Shown in pieces: positions 19,559 through 29,203 of a stretch of DNA of 64,000 nt. Each line of letters begins with the position of its first letter. The stretch's first letter is position 1. Both the position numbers and the translations under genes were made by a program. The DNA lies in the IMG/VR virus record IMGVR_UViG_3300032327_000792; one strand, 5' to 3'. The notes beneath the pieces were generated by a model that saw only the letters and a list, made by a program, of their open reading frames with translations, was not told the origin of the DNA and did not search any database. The stretch is from a virus (taxonomy: Duplodnaviria; Caudoviricetes).

Positions 19559-19840
19559 TTATTTAAAAACGTAGGAAGCCATTAGCCAACCAATTGCGCC
19601 AATCAACATGCCAATCACACCCACACCCCAGGCAATCAATCTATCGTTGTGTTTTTCCACGTGATCAGCCAACATTTCTCGGATGTCAGCAACACATTGT
19701 TCTACCTTGTTGACTTGGTCGGCAAGATTGTCCAATCGCATATCTAGACTGCTGTAACGTTCTGCACACAGTTCAACGTGTGCTTCTAGACTCTTTTTTT
19801 CAATTTCAGTGGTTTCAGACATGGTTAGTTTTCCTATCAT
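19559..19840 (-). CDS. Coiled-coil protein with C-terminal transmembrane helix
   Basis: Heptad-like N-half, LIAWGVGVIGMLIGAIGWLMASYVF hydrophobic C-terminus. Confidence 0.7.
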   Translation of the reverse strand: MIGKLTMSETTEIEKKSLEAHVELCAERYSSLDMRLDNLADQVNKVEQCVADIREMLADHVEKHNDRLIAWGVGVIGMLIGAIGWLMASYVFK

Positions 19841-20250
19841 GTATTTATTTCTGTTGCTTCAAACCATATGTTTGTGTTCACTGCCAAAACTGTGCCATTG
19901 ACCAATGATTCATTTAATCCTGTCAGCATGGGCACGCCCTCACAGTCTGCTTTCAACACTGCCAGACTGTCTGTGCCATCTGTAAAAAGATTTTGATTTT
20001 CCACTTCAAATTCAAAACACCAACAATCCTGGTTTTTCACAGGATCTTGTAAATTATCAACCTGTGTACGCAAACTGATCAACTGAGTGACAGTTTCCCA
20101 ATTGCGTTGTTGATTTCTAGATCTATTCCATTGTGCAACGTCAGTTATCTTGGACCCAGCCTGATCTTGAAAAGGCATACGATTGTGTTTGACATGTCCT
20201 GTGGTACCTGTGGCAGTGATATCAAAAAGAGTTTGACATTGAATTTTCAT
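19837..20250 (-). CDS. Hypothetical late protein
   Basis: ORF with TAAATA at 20260-20265. Confidence 0.7.
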   Translation of the reverse strand: MKIQCQTLFDITATGTTGHVKHNRMPFQDQAGSKITDVAQWNRSRNQQRNWETVTQLISLRTQVDNLQDPVKNQDCWCFEFEVENQNLFTDGTDSLAVLKADCEGVPMLTGLNESLVNGTVLAVNTNIWFEATEINT

Positions 20251-20271
20251 TGGCAGACATATTTAATGGCC

Positions 20272-20305
20272 AAAAAGAAACCCCAGTAATAACTGAGGTT
20301 CTTTT
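20272..20305 (-). terminator. Rho-independent terminator after 20327..20743
   Basis: Stem with a G-U pair that forms only on the minus strand, followed by a U-tract. Confidence 0.75.
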
Positions 20306-20326
20306 GTTACAACGGTTAATACGAAA

Positions 20327-20743
20327 TTAAACTGTTGTGAATGATGCTGTTGTTGATACGTTTGCAGTTGGGATACCAATTGCAGAGTTGGCTGTTTGAG
20401 CAGCTGCTACCAATGTTGCTGTTGTGTAAGCACCAGTTGGGTAGATAGCGATACTCAATGTTACGCCGTCAGCAGCAACTTGATACATTGCAACTGTACC
20501 ACCTGCACCAGTGACTGGACCACCGTTTTGGATAGCTTGCAATACGTTACCTACGTAACCGTTTACACCGCCCTGTAGAGAGATGTTGCCGTTAGCTACC
20601 AAACTGAAAAAGTCTAGTTTTGGACCTTGTGGTTGAACTGGACCAGCAATGTTCAAAGCTGCACCTTGAGCTGGTGAACCGTTGCGAACGTCCAAGTTAA
20701 ATACTGGTTGTGTTGAACCATTTGTTTTTGCGAATATTGCCAT
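20327..20743 (-). CDS. Abundant small virion protein (capsid decoration-like)
   Basis: Ala/Gly/Thr/Val-rich; monocistronic with full TATAAATA, AGGAG RBS and its own terminator. Confidence 0.55.
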   Translation of the reverse strand: MAIFAKTNGSTQPVFNLDVRNGSPAQGAALNIAGPVQPQGPKLDFFSLVANGNISLQGGVNGYVGNVLQAIQNGGPVTGAGGTVAMYQVAADGVTLSIAIYPTGAYTTATLVAAAQTANSAIGIPTANVSTTASFTTV

Positions 20744-20781
20744 TTTAAATCTCCTAAGTATGTGGGTTTTGACCCTACACT

Positions 20782-20789
20782 TATTTATA
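20782..20789 (-). promoter_or_regulatory. T4-type late promoter TATAAATA
   Basis: Exact T4 gp55 consensus on the minus strand upstream of 20743. Confidence 0.85.
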
Positions 20790-20810
20790 CCGTTTGGTAA
20801 AAATTAGAGT

Positions 20811-22691
20811 TTACTCGCCCAAATTGGGATTGTTTAAAATTCTGTTGCCTGCCGAGAAACCAAAGCGATTGACCAGTTTGGCGCGACCTGCGTCAGACGC
20901 AATGACCCATCCTTCTTGGCCGGGTTGTTGACGATCTAGCTGAGCCAACATGTCTGTTTTGATTTCATGTAGTAACAAGAAGGCAGTAAAGGCAGCTGAA
21001 ATACCATCCAGGTTTGATCTTGGACTCTGTAGGTATTCCACAATGTTGTTGTACTTGCGCGGTGTCACTGACTGTTGCAACCATGGGCCAAAGTCTGCCA
21101 GCAAGTTGGAGTAGTCTGTGTCAATTCTCGAATTGATATAACGCTTGCATAGCTGTGGCAAATCTGTGATGCCTGCGGCCCGCAAATCAGCAGGATTAAA
21201 CAGCGAATCAATTGCGGCGCCATTTTGTGCTACCACACTACGTAATTCACGTTCTAGCTTTCTGTTGGGTGTGACATTTTTGATGTCTTTTTGTGTGGGC
21301 TCAATCAACAACAGGCCCGGATGCGGGTTAAATTCAATGCGTCGGATTGGTTCTGCTGGCGCGGCAGGATCAGCATAACGTGTGTGTACAGCAATGCCCA
21401 CTTCAGAGTTGCCAATAGCTTCGCCTAACGTACTGGCAACAGGAATACGATATTCAACAAAATTGGGTTTGAACACATAAGCACCTGCTTGCTCAGGAGG
21501 AGTTTCAGTATAAAGTAAATCACCCTGTACATAGCCTTTAAAATTGCTCGGAGTAGCGGCCTCCAACATGGGCCATAGTTTTGCGTAAATGCCAATTAAT
21601 TCACCACGTTCACCGCTACGCATGTTCTGTATGCGTGCCAACTGATCAGGACTGGTTGCTAATCCATCATAGCCCTTGGCCAAAAATCCTGATTTATCTG
21701 TCAGCACAAAACGACCGTCGGGTTTGCGGCCCCAAATGATTGCTGGTTTTCCGTCCCATTTGACTGTGGTTGTTTCTGCTGTGTTTGTGGCGGCTGCTTG
21801 AATAATGGCCAGAGCTTCTCGTATGCCACGGGTGCCTTTTTCAAACACCAGATCTTCAAGATGTTCAATTCTGGCAGCAGCTTCCGTCAACTGTTGACGT
21901 TCAAATATAGGAGTCATGCCTTGATTAACAATTCTATCTCGTAGACGTGCCAAAAAGTTTACTTCTGTGTATCCGGTAGGTGGCGGTAATTGCATGCCTT
22001 CCATAAAAGGCACACCTTCGCGAGCAAAATGCTCACGTGCATCTTTTAATTTTGCATCCTTTTTGGGATCTGTCGCCAAGGCTGCTATAATGGATTCTAC
22101 ACTGAGTAAGTCTTCTTTTGTAGCGGATTTATTTAAAAGAATTTTTGCAATGGCATCAGGATCATTGGAAATGATTTTGTTTGTGGCACGATCCTGTAGT
22201 CCCGCTGTTTGATTTAATTTATAGCCCATTGATTTGGCCATTGAATTCATCAACACATTACGATCCTGTCCGCGATATGCACTGTCAGAGGAAGCCGATA
22301 ACATGAATTTTGAAAATGGCACATCTTTTAAAAACATAAAGTCTGTTTGTACATAGCCTTGATCAGGACGTCCATTGATGGGTGTTTTAAAATGCACTGA
22401 GATACCGCTTTTGCGAACGTATTCTTCGGGCTTTAGTTTGTTTGTTTGTGCCCATTGTGTTAGCTGTGCAACCATTTGTTCTTTGGTGAATTCATTGGCA
22501 TCCACTGCTAGATCTAGGTCACCAGATGTGGGCTTGCGTCCTGTTGAACCCAAGGTGGCATCCTGCAGGTCCATGCCTGTGAGTTGTTCTAGCCAAGCTA
22601 TGGTGCTTCGAACATCTGTTTGATTGATACGCTGTGTTAATGCTCGGTTGGAAGCATCTTTGAAGATGTTGCCGCCCTCAGTTATGTGCAT
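20811..22691 (-). CDS. Fusion of Pol-beta-superfamily nucleotidyltransferase and ligase-type (KxDG) nucleotidyltransferase
   Basis: N-domain LGSTGRKPTSGDLDLAVD plus QTDF; C-domain TVKWDGKP, VQGDLLY, EGWV, AKLV; start moved to MHITEGG (TAATG overlap). Confidence 0.7.
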   Translation of the reverse strand: MHITEGGNIFKDASNRALTQRINQTDVRSTIAWLEQLTGMDLQDATLGSTGRKPTSGDLDLAVDANEFTKEQMVAQLTQWAQTNKLKPEEYVRKSGISVHFKTPINGRPDQGYVQTDFMFLKDVPFSKFMLSASSDSAYRGQDRNVLMNSMAKSMGYKLNQTAGLQDRATNKIISNDPDAIAKILLNKSATKEDLLSVESIIAALATDPKKDAKLKDAREHFAREGVPFMEGMQLPPPTGYTEVNFLARLRDRIVNQGMTPIFERQQLTEAAARIEHLEDLVFEKGTRGIREALAIIQAAATNTAETTTVKWDGKPAIIWGRKPDGRFVLTDKSGFLAKGYDGLATSPDQLARIQNMRSGERGELIGIYAKLWPMLEAATPSNFKGYVQGDLLYTETPPEQAGAYVFKPNFVEYRIPVASTLGEAIGNSEVGIAVHTRYADPAAPAEPIRRIEFNPHPGLLLIEPTQKDIKNVTPNRKLERELRSVVAQNGAAIDSLFNPADLRAAGITDLPQLCKRYINSRIDTDYSNLLADFGPWLQQSVTPRKYNNIVEYLQSPRSNLDGISAAFTAFLLLHEIKTDMLAQLDRQQPGQEGWVIASDAGRAKLVNRFGFSAGNRILNNPNLGE

Positions 22692-23305
22692 TATACTTTG
22701 GCCAATTCTTGATCTAAAAATTTTGTGAACGCTTGGTCTGGAACTGTGCCTGTCTGATCTGCCCACACTCCTTGATCATTGATAGTGTATGTTTTGTTTC
22801 TAAATTGTAGTACAGCAGGATTGACACTGATTACCTTGACTGCTAGGCCACCACCACTGGCGGAAATGTCTGGTGCAGATAGGCCAGCCTGTTGAACTAA
22901 TTTGGAAAATAATTGTGCCACTTGATTTGGGTCTGCTTCCGCCGCAGTGATCTGATCAATCAATTGATTGAGTTCTTGACGATTCACAGCGTTATTGATT
23001 GATTGTCCAGCCAATAAATTCTTTTGTACAAATGCTTGCAATGTTTGTTTGTACAGTGTGGCATATCTAGCAGGATCAGGATTGGCTGCTTTTAATTGTC
23101 TAGCATACTGTAACCAAGCAGGAACAGCTTTGTCAATTACTGTTTGCATTTTTTTTGCACTGGCACGGTCAGTTTTGGCATTTATGCTAGCAGCGGTGAC
23201 ATTGCCGCGTTGCTTGGTCAATGCGCCAACAGCACCAGCAGCAGCGTTTTTAATACCTTGCAGTATACCAGCTTCATTTAGCTGTGTGATTTCATGAATT
23301 TGCAT
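22691..23305 (-). CDS. Hypothetical late protein (MQIHEITQLNE N-terminus)
   Basis: ORF coupled to the NTase-ligase fusion gene. Confidence 0.7.
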   Translation of the reverse strand: MQIHEITQLNEAGILQGIKNAAAGAVGALTKQRGNVTAASINAKTDRASAKKMQTVIDKAVPAWLQYARQLKAANPDPARYATLYKQTLQAFVQKNLLAGQSINNAVNRQELNQLIDQITAAEADPNQVAQLFSKLVQQAGLSAPDISASGGGLAVKVISVNPAVLQFRNKTYTINDQGVWADQTGTVPDQAFTKFLDQELAKV

Positions 23306-23540
23306 CTGTTTTTCTCACTGTGCGGGTAAACTTACCAGGGTCACGAAGCTTGATGGCATTCAACAATTTGCGTGTGAGATTTTCAGCTTGCTCTGGTGTG
23401 TATGATTGGTCAATGGATTCCAGCAAACGTATAGCCGACGCAATAACGTTGGACGCACGACTTTCAATTACATGGCGTTGATCACGCTCGATGTACATTG
23501 AATCCAATTCTTCTAATAAGCTACGAGTTTTCTTTTGCAT
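23292..23540 (-). CDS. Conserved hypothetical late protein
   Basis: ORF with TAAATA at 23560-23565. Confidence 0.7.
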   Translation of the reverse strand: MQKKTRSLLEELDSMYIERDQRHVIESRASNVIASAIRLLESIDQSYTPEQAENLTRKLLNAIKLRDPGKFTRTVRKTDANS

Positions 23541-23575
23541 ATGGCCGGAACCTTTTTATTATTTATCGGTTAAGT

Positions 23576-24583
23576 TTAATTAGTGGTTCCACATACATCA
23601 TTACAAATAACCAAACGACCTTGCTCAAATGTAGGAATAGTCCAGGTTTTTTCTACTTCGGTAAACCATTCTATGCATTCTTTTAAAGAATATTCTAACG
23701 CATTGTTTTTTTTCATAATGGGTTTCAATTGAGCGTTTGCAGCTTGGTGATATTGGCCAGCGCCATAAGTGTGTGGGTAAAATCCGGTGTGACAACAGGG
23801 ACTAACATCACCATTGGCAGCAATATAAACACTGCGTTGTTTTTTGACGGCACATTCTATTTGTCTGGGTATTCTGTCAGCAACAATATCTTCCAACAAC
23901 ACTGTGTCTGTGATTTTTTTATGAAACAACACGGTAAATTCTTTTTCTCCGGTGTAGTTACCCATGACATGGGTCAGCTTGCCTTGTTTGTCAAATACTG
24001 GCGCTGTGTTTCTACCCTGATTCACCCGGTGAAAATTTTTAAATCCCAGAGTTTGACTTAATTTTTCACATTGATCAATTTGATGAAGATTGTGATCAAA
24101 TTCAATCATTTTCCATGTGGCATGTCCTCCAGCTTGAATAAAAGTTTGGGCATTTTTAATCACAGTGGACCATGACGTATTTTGTCTGTACAAGTGATGC
24201 GTGTCTTCAAGTCCGTCTAATGCAAATGTCACATGAACTTGAGCTTGCGCCAATCTCTTCCAAAAATCACCGTTTCTAGCTGATCCATTGGTACTGATCT
24301 CAATTGTTAAATCTTTGTTGTGCTGTCGAAAGTACTCAACAATGTCAGGAGTTTCTGGATTCATCACAGCATCTCCATAGTTGCCATTGATCATGATGAC
24401 CGTTAATTGAGATAAAAATTCAGGTGTAAAGATATGTTGAGCATAGTCCACTGTGAAATTCAATTCAGGATAGCCGCCGTTGTATGGGTATCCCCAAAAT
24501 GTTCTTGGACACCATGGACAACTGGCATTGCACAGTGTGGATATTTCTAAATGGACATGGCGTATTTCATCAACAGAATACAT
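23576..24583 (-). CDS. Radical SAM protein with C-terminal twitch/SPASM-like Cys motif
   Basis: CNASCPWC, ISTNG, C-terminal GDVSPCC...CNDVC. Confidence 0.9.
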   Translation of the reverse strand: MYSVDEIRHVHLEISTLCNASCPWCPRTFWGYPYNGGYPELNFTVDYAQHIFTPEFLSQLTVIMINGNYGDAVMNPETPDIVEYFRQHNKDLTIEISTNGSARNGDFWKRLAQAQVHVTFALDGLEDTHHLYRQNTSWSTVIKNAQTFIQAGGHATWKMIEFDHNLHQIDQCEKLSQTLGFKNFHRVNQGRNTAPVFDKQGKLTHVMGNYTGEKEFTVLFHKKITDTVLLEDIVADRIPRQIECAVKKQRSVYIAANGDVSPCCHTGFYPHTYGAGQYHQAANAQLKPIMKKNNALEYSLKECIEWFTEVEKTWTIPTFEQGRLVICNDVCGTTN

Positions 24584-25983
24584 TAGAAATTCGCCTTTAT
24601 TGAACCCAACAGTTGCTTCAATTTGGCACTCTGTACATCTGCCACCGGTGACACAGTTTCCTCATCACCGGCATCCTGTATTCCCACTCTGCTGGATGCT
24701 TTGATTTGATCCATCACGTTGGGTCGTTTGACAAATCCTGAACTCTGTTGCTGATCTTCGGCCAAGTCTGTGATACGCATGGTTTCAATGTTGTATTCCA
24801 AATCTACCTTTTGTCCAACACCTGTTGAACTACGCGATTTCATACACTGAATTTGATAGCGTCCACGCTCTTTCATGGCGCGACTTGTAAAAATACCAAA
24901 CACGTTGTCAGCAGTGTTAATTTTAGAGATACCACCCGAAATATGACTGTGGTCAAATTCTACTTCTTCCACTGCTCCGCGATTCAACTGTGAAGCTGTG
25001 ACCAACAATACATTTAATTCTTTGGCTAGATTACGTAATTCTTCCGAAACGTATTTGTCTTTTACAAACAAATCATTGGGACTTACTTTGGCACTCACGG
25101 GCATCAGCAAGTCCAAATAGTCAACCATCACAAAGTCCACCTTTATTCCCGTTTGTACCTGTACCTCTTTAAGATATGCTCTGACATCATTGATATTGCT
25201 CTGTGCCGGCAATGCTTTGATTCTATATTGCCCGGCCTTTTTGCTGTACAGTTTGACCTTTAATTCTGTGGTGTCTATGTCGCGGCGGATGTCTTTGGTG
25301 CTCATTCCTGCCAACATAGCATCTGTACGCAAAGCACACAGTTCTTCCGACAGTTCCAAACTCACATACACGCCACTGAGTCCTTGTTGCAACCAACTCA
25401 ATGCAATGTTCATCATCACAAGCGATTTACCCGATCCGGATCCGCCGGCGAAAATGTTTAATTCGCCGCGGCTGAATCCACCATACAGCAATTTGTCCAC
25501 TGAGGGCCATCCTGTGGACACCTGCCCACCCGAATTGAAATACTTTTCCAGACGCATTTTGGGATCATCAAAATAGTCTGTGCCCATGTCCTTGGTCAAT
25601 GATATCTGTACAGCATCTTTGATCAGTTTTTCCACAGGATCAAATTCACCCTTTTCCAACAAGTCTGCTGACTTTAAAATTGCACGTTCTAGTTCTTGAC
25701 GCTTGGTAAATGATTCGAACTGTTCCATAAACCAGTTGAAATGATCTTCGTTCAAATCTGGAATATGATTGAGTTTGATACCAGTTGATGCTGCAATTTG
25801 TTCTGTAACTGGCATGGTTTTGAATTCATTTACGTGCTGAGCAATAAACTCTGCTGCTGGACGCAATGATCTATCAAAGTTTTCAGCATTGTAGATGTTT
25901 TGTACCCGCACATAACTGCCAGCATCCTGGAGCATCATTTCCAAGAACAATCTTTGTACTTCAGTTCCGTAGTCTTTTAACAA
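24583..25983 (-). CDS. gp41: Replicative DNA helicase (T4 gp41/DnaB family)
   Basis: Walker A AGGSGSGKS, VDYLD, TASQLNR, KSR arginine finger. Confidence 0.95.
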   Translation of the reverse strand: MLKDYGTEVQRLFLEMMLQDAGSYVRVQNIYNAENFDRSLRPAAEFIAQHVNEFKTMPVTEQIAASTGIKLNHIPDLNEDHFNWFMEQFESFTKRQELERAILKSADLLEKGEFDPVEKLIKDAVQISLTKDMGTDYFDDPKMRLEKYFNSGGQVSTGWPSVDKLLYGGFSRGELNIFAGGSGSGKSLVMMNIALSWLQQGLSGVYVSLELSEELCALRTDAMLAGMSTKDIRRDIDTTELKVKLYSKKAGQYRIKALPAQSNINDVRAYLKEVQVQTGIKVDFVMVDYLDLLMPVSAKVSPNDLFVKDKYVSEELRNLAKELNVLLVTASQLNRGAVEEVEFDHSHISGGISKINTADNVFGIFTSRAMKERGRYQIQCMKSRSSTGVGQKVDLEYNIETMRITDLAEDQQQSSGFVKRPNVMDQIKASSRVGIQDAGDEETVSPVADVQSAKLKQLLGSIKANF

Positions 25984-26917
25984 TTTGCTTTTTCCTTAAT
26001 TCAATCTTTATCTTACTGTGTTCTCGTGCTTGCATTATAATTAGCAATGCTCCTAGTCTGCCATACTCAATCACTGCATCGTTTACATCTTTTATTTCAT
26101 CTCCCCACTGGGGCATGCTCACTGACCACCCTAGTTCAATGGCACGATCCACCAGTTTCATTCCTGCTGCATCTTGATCGGGTACCACAACAACTTCTCT
26201 ACCCAGACTTCTGATCACCCGTACTTGCGCATCGTTAATTTCGGCATGTAGCACTGCCAGTCCTCCAATGCTGAGAGCATCAAATACACCTTCCATGACC
26301 AACACTGATTGCCATGCGTTGCGTTGTAGGTCAGTACCAAACACATACCCGGGTTGCATGTCATTTAGATATTTGGGGGTACGATCGTCTAGAAATCTGG
26401 TACAATTTCCCACCACTTGATTGTCATGCGTGAATGGAATAACAATGCCTGGACGTGGTGTTGCCTTGAACAAAAATGGATAGTCCAAACTGATACTTCT
26501 ACGGTTCAAATATTCTATTGCTTGTGCTGACAACTCTTCAGTGTCTGCAGGTAAATCACGTTCTTCAAATTCGATATCCACTGGCTTTTCAACTAGCTGT
26601 CTAGATTCTAAAATACCATTAATTGATTTGTGTCGTAGACTTTCTAAGTTAATACGTTCTATTTCTTCCTGGGGAACCATTAACCATGACAAAAACTTGC
26701 GTGCTTTGAATGTTAAATTACGCCCCAACACAAAGCTGGCAGTATATCCACAGTTAAAACAATGATAGCTCCATCCTTCCTCGCCGAGCTTCAATCCGCC
26801 ACGCGATCTTCGATCTTGGTTTTCACCATTGTGTACACAACAAGGTGCATTGAAACTTATCCAGCCCGAACTTGATGTCTTACGTCGAGCAGGTAGATAA
26901 GCGAGAATGTCTAGCAT
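25961..26917 (-). CDS. gp61: DNA primase (T4 gp61-like)
   Basis: Zn finger CCVH...HCFNC, TOPRIM EGVFDA and PDQD, adjacent to helicase. Confidence 0.9.
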   Translation of the reverse strand: MLDILAYLPARRKTSSSGWISFNAPCCVHNGENQDRRSRGGLKLGEEGWSYHCFNCGYTASFVLGRNLTFKARKFLSWLMVPQEEIERINLESLRHKSINGILESRQLVEKPVDIEFEERDLPADTEELSAQAIEYLNRRSISLDYPFLFKATPRPGIVIPFTHDNQVVGNCTRFLDDRTPKYLNDMQPGYVFGTDLQRNAWQSVLVMEGVFDALSIGGLAVLHAEINDAQVRVIRSLGREVVVVPDQDAAGMKLVDRAIELGWSVSMPQWGDEIKDVNDAVIEYGRLGALLIIMQAREHSKIKIELRKKQIVKRLRN

Positions 26918-27651
26918 TCATACATTGTACAGGAATCTATTTGGGAAATCAAGCGATCGCGGACAATTTGATGTCCAAGTTCGTTGGGGTGGCCGCCAGG
27001 CATGATCAGTTGTCGTTTTTGGTTGTCCACACGGTCTCTAAAATGCATGGTCCAAGAAAAATCAGGTTCTATAATGGTGTCCAAATTCACAGTCATTGGG
27101 GGAGGCATAATATGAAATTGCATAGTGGGTATTTTTCTTTTGTGGCTCACACTGTCAAACAATAGCACTGCCTGTTGATAGTTCAATGCCGACAATTCTC
27201 TTGAATCAGTCAATACCAAATAGCGTTTGATCATGTCAGTGAATTCGGGTCCAATTACACTGCTGCCAAAATGTATCCATGTGCTGTGTACAAACTTGTT
27301 CCAAGGAGGGTCGTTTGAATAATGCGTATGATTGGGATTGTAGAAACTGGTTCGATCTGCTTCAGTCAATGCTACCAACACCAGACATTGATCCGGGTTG
27401 GGCTCATGTTCCAGCCACCAGAGATAAGTCCAAATAGTGCTTTGTAAACTGCCTCCGGGGATACCAAAATTTTCAGTGGGTACATTGTAATGTTGGCCCA
27501 ACAACCCTAAAAAGCAATGCTGTTCTCTATAGGGTACATTTTGTACCCAACAAGAGTGTGCATCTTTTTCAGTTGCAACCAACACAGGATCCAACAATTC
27601 GTCGCCGTACATCCAGGAGTCGCCAAACCCAACAATCTTTTTGAATTTCAT
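26911..27651 (-). CDS. SGNH/GDSL hydrolase-like protein
   Basis: Block I GFGDSWMYG and block V GGHPNELGH. Confidence 0.7.
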   Translation of the reverse strand: MKFKKIVGFGDSWMYGDELLDPVLVATEKDAHSCWVQNVPYREQHCFLGLLGQHYNVPTENFGIPGGSLQSTIWTYLWWLEHEPNPDQCLVLVALTEADRTSFYNPNHTHYSNDPPWNKFVHSTWIHFGSSVIGPEFTDMIKRYLVLTDSRELSALNYQQAVLLFDSVSHKRKIPTMQFHIMPPPMTVNLDTIIEPDFSWTMHFRDRVDNQKRQLIMPGGHPNELGHQIVRDRLISQIDSCTMYEC

Positions 27652-27669
27652 CTAGTAATTATCGATGAA

Positions 27670-28782
27670 TTATCTGTACTTTAAATTAACCACGTGTCCG
27701 GTTGAAATAATGACTTGTGCAGCAGTCATTGTGGGCGGTACTGGTCTATAGCCCGATCCGCCTGTGACCACAGAGATACTGGCAATTTGTCCATTGGACA
27801 CAGTAGACACTGCTGACGCTCCTGCTCCTTCGCCCACGATTTGAATCAATGGCGGAGCTTGGTATCCTTGACCTGCGTTCACAATGCTGATGCCTGTAAC
27901 CACACCATCTGCAACTGTGGCAGTGGCCTGTCCAGCATAGCCCATGCTCAGGTTGCCGCTTTCACCAGTGGTGTAGATTGAGTTGTTGAAACACAATCTA
28001 ATCAAAGGATGCCAGCCCACAATGGTCATTGACACTGTGCCAGTACGGTTCAAATACTGTGTGGATTCTGTGATATTGTAAAATATGCTTTGATATGTTT
28101 CGGCTGCTTGTGCCTTGATAGTACCTGTATATCCAATCAAATCAAACTGAACAGTGGTAATGGCGCTGCGGGGTTCAATGAAACTTGAGTAAAATTCAGT
28201 GGATTGATACGGGGTGTAGTTGTTGATGGGTGACCCGCCCTGCAATGCCCAATCTGGATAGTTGCTGGAACTGGACCCACCATAGCTGTCTCGGGCTGTT
28301 AGATCTGTTGTGGGTATTGTGAGCTCTGCACTGGGCACAAATTCAGGATATATTGAGTCCACAATGTCCACTGGAGCTGCAGCGCCTGCCTGTGCATCAG
28401 TGAACACTGCTTCTGTCAAGTTGCCCGAAGTTCTGCTGATACTGTAGTTTGCTGGTTGTGCTTCAATATAGTTCAGTGCATCTGCTGTCAGTGTGACTTT
28501 GGCACGTCCTGCTGTGGCATTGATAATCACCATTTGGGTGGCCGTCATCAGCTCTACACCGTCTTGACTGATCAAGCGAAATATCAGGCTACTACCCGAA
28601 ATATTTACAGGCTTTTGATCTTGGTTGATGAACTCAAATAGTATGACATTATCAACACCTTTGTTTATGGTTAGTTTTTTTGCGTACACAGGGTCGTACC
28701 TCATAGTAAAGTAAGCACCACTGGTGTCTACTGCCAATACTCTGGTTTTTTGTTGATATAGATACGCCGTGGTTGAATACAT
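27670..28782 (-). CDS. Baseplate/tail structural protein
   Basis: N-terminal beta-sandwich, C-terminal VTGISIVNAGQGYQAPP / ISVVTGGSGY repeats; TAAATA at 28789-28794. Confidence 0.65.
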   Translation of the reverse strand: MYSTTAYLYQQKTRVLAVDTSGAYFTMRYDPVYAKKLTINKGVDNVILFEFINQDQKPVNISGSSLIFRLISQDGVELMTATQMVIINATAGRAKVTLTADALNYIEAQPANYSISRTSGNLTEAVFTDAQAGAAAPVDIVDSIYPEFVPSAELTIPTTDLTARDSYGGSSSSNYPDWALQGGSPINNYTPYQSTEFYSSFIEPRSAITTVQFDLIGYTGTIKAQAAETYQSIFYNITESTQYLNRTGTVSMTIVGWHPLIRLCFNNSIYTTGESGNLSMGYAGQATATVADGVVTGISIVNAGQGYQAPPLIQIVGEGAGASAVSTVSNGQIASISVVTGGSGYRPVPPTMTAAQVIISTGHVVNLKYR

Positions 28783-28825
28783 AGTTATTATTTAGCGATT
28801 TTAGAATTGGTAAATATCTCTGCTT

Positions 28826-29203
28826 ATGGGCAATGACATCTTTACCAAACTTGCAGACAAATATCCTTTTATAACTTTGTGTATCTACGCCACCACAGAA
28901 TATGTGGGAATTATACAAAACAAAGACGACACTATCACCACGATTTACGATTTTGGCAGCATACAAGATCCGGATTTGAAACGAGAATTTTTGGAATTGG
29001 CCAATGTATGGTGGTGGGAAAGCAACAGATCAATTCCTATCAATATTTTCCTAAAATCTGAGTGGGATCCATTCCGAGCCTATCTCAAAACATTTGTAAA
29101 CAAGGATTTGGAAGTGGTCCACGGACCTGTGTGCAGTCTTGTTGATATGGCTCGTAAAAAGAGCAAACGCAAGAGTATTACACTGGTTCGGCGGGTTGAC
29201 TGA
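28826..29203 (+). CDS. Conserved hypothetical late protein
   Basis: Plus-strand ORF with TAAATA at 28811-28816. Confidence 0.75.
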   Translation: MGNDIFTKLADKYPFITLCIYATTEYVGIIQNKDDTITTIYDFGSIQDPDLKREFLELANVWWWESNRSIPINIFLKSEWDPFRAYLKTFVNKDLEVVHGPVCSLVDMARKKSKRKSITLVRRVD

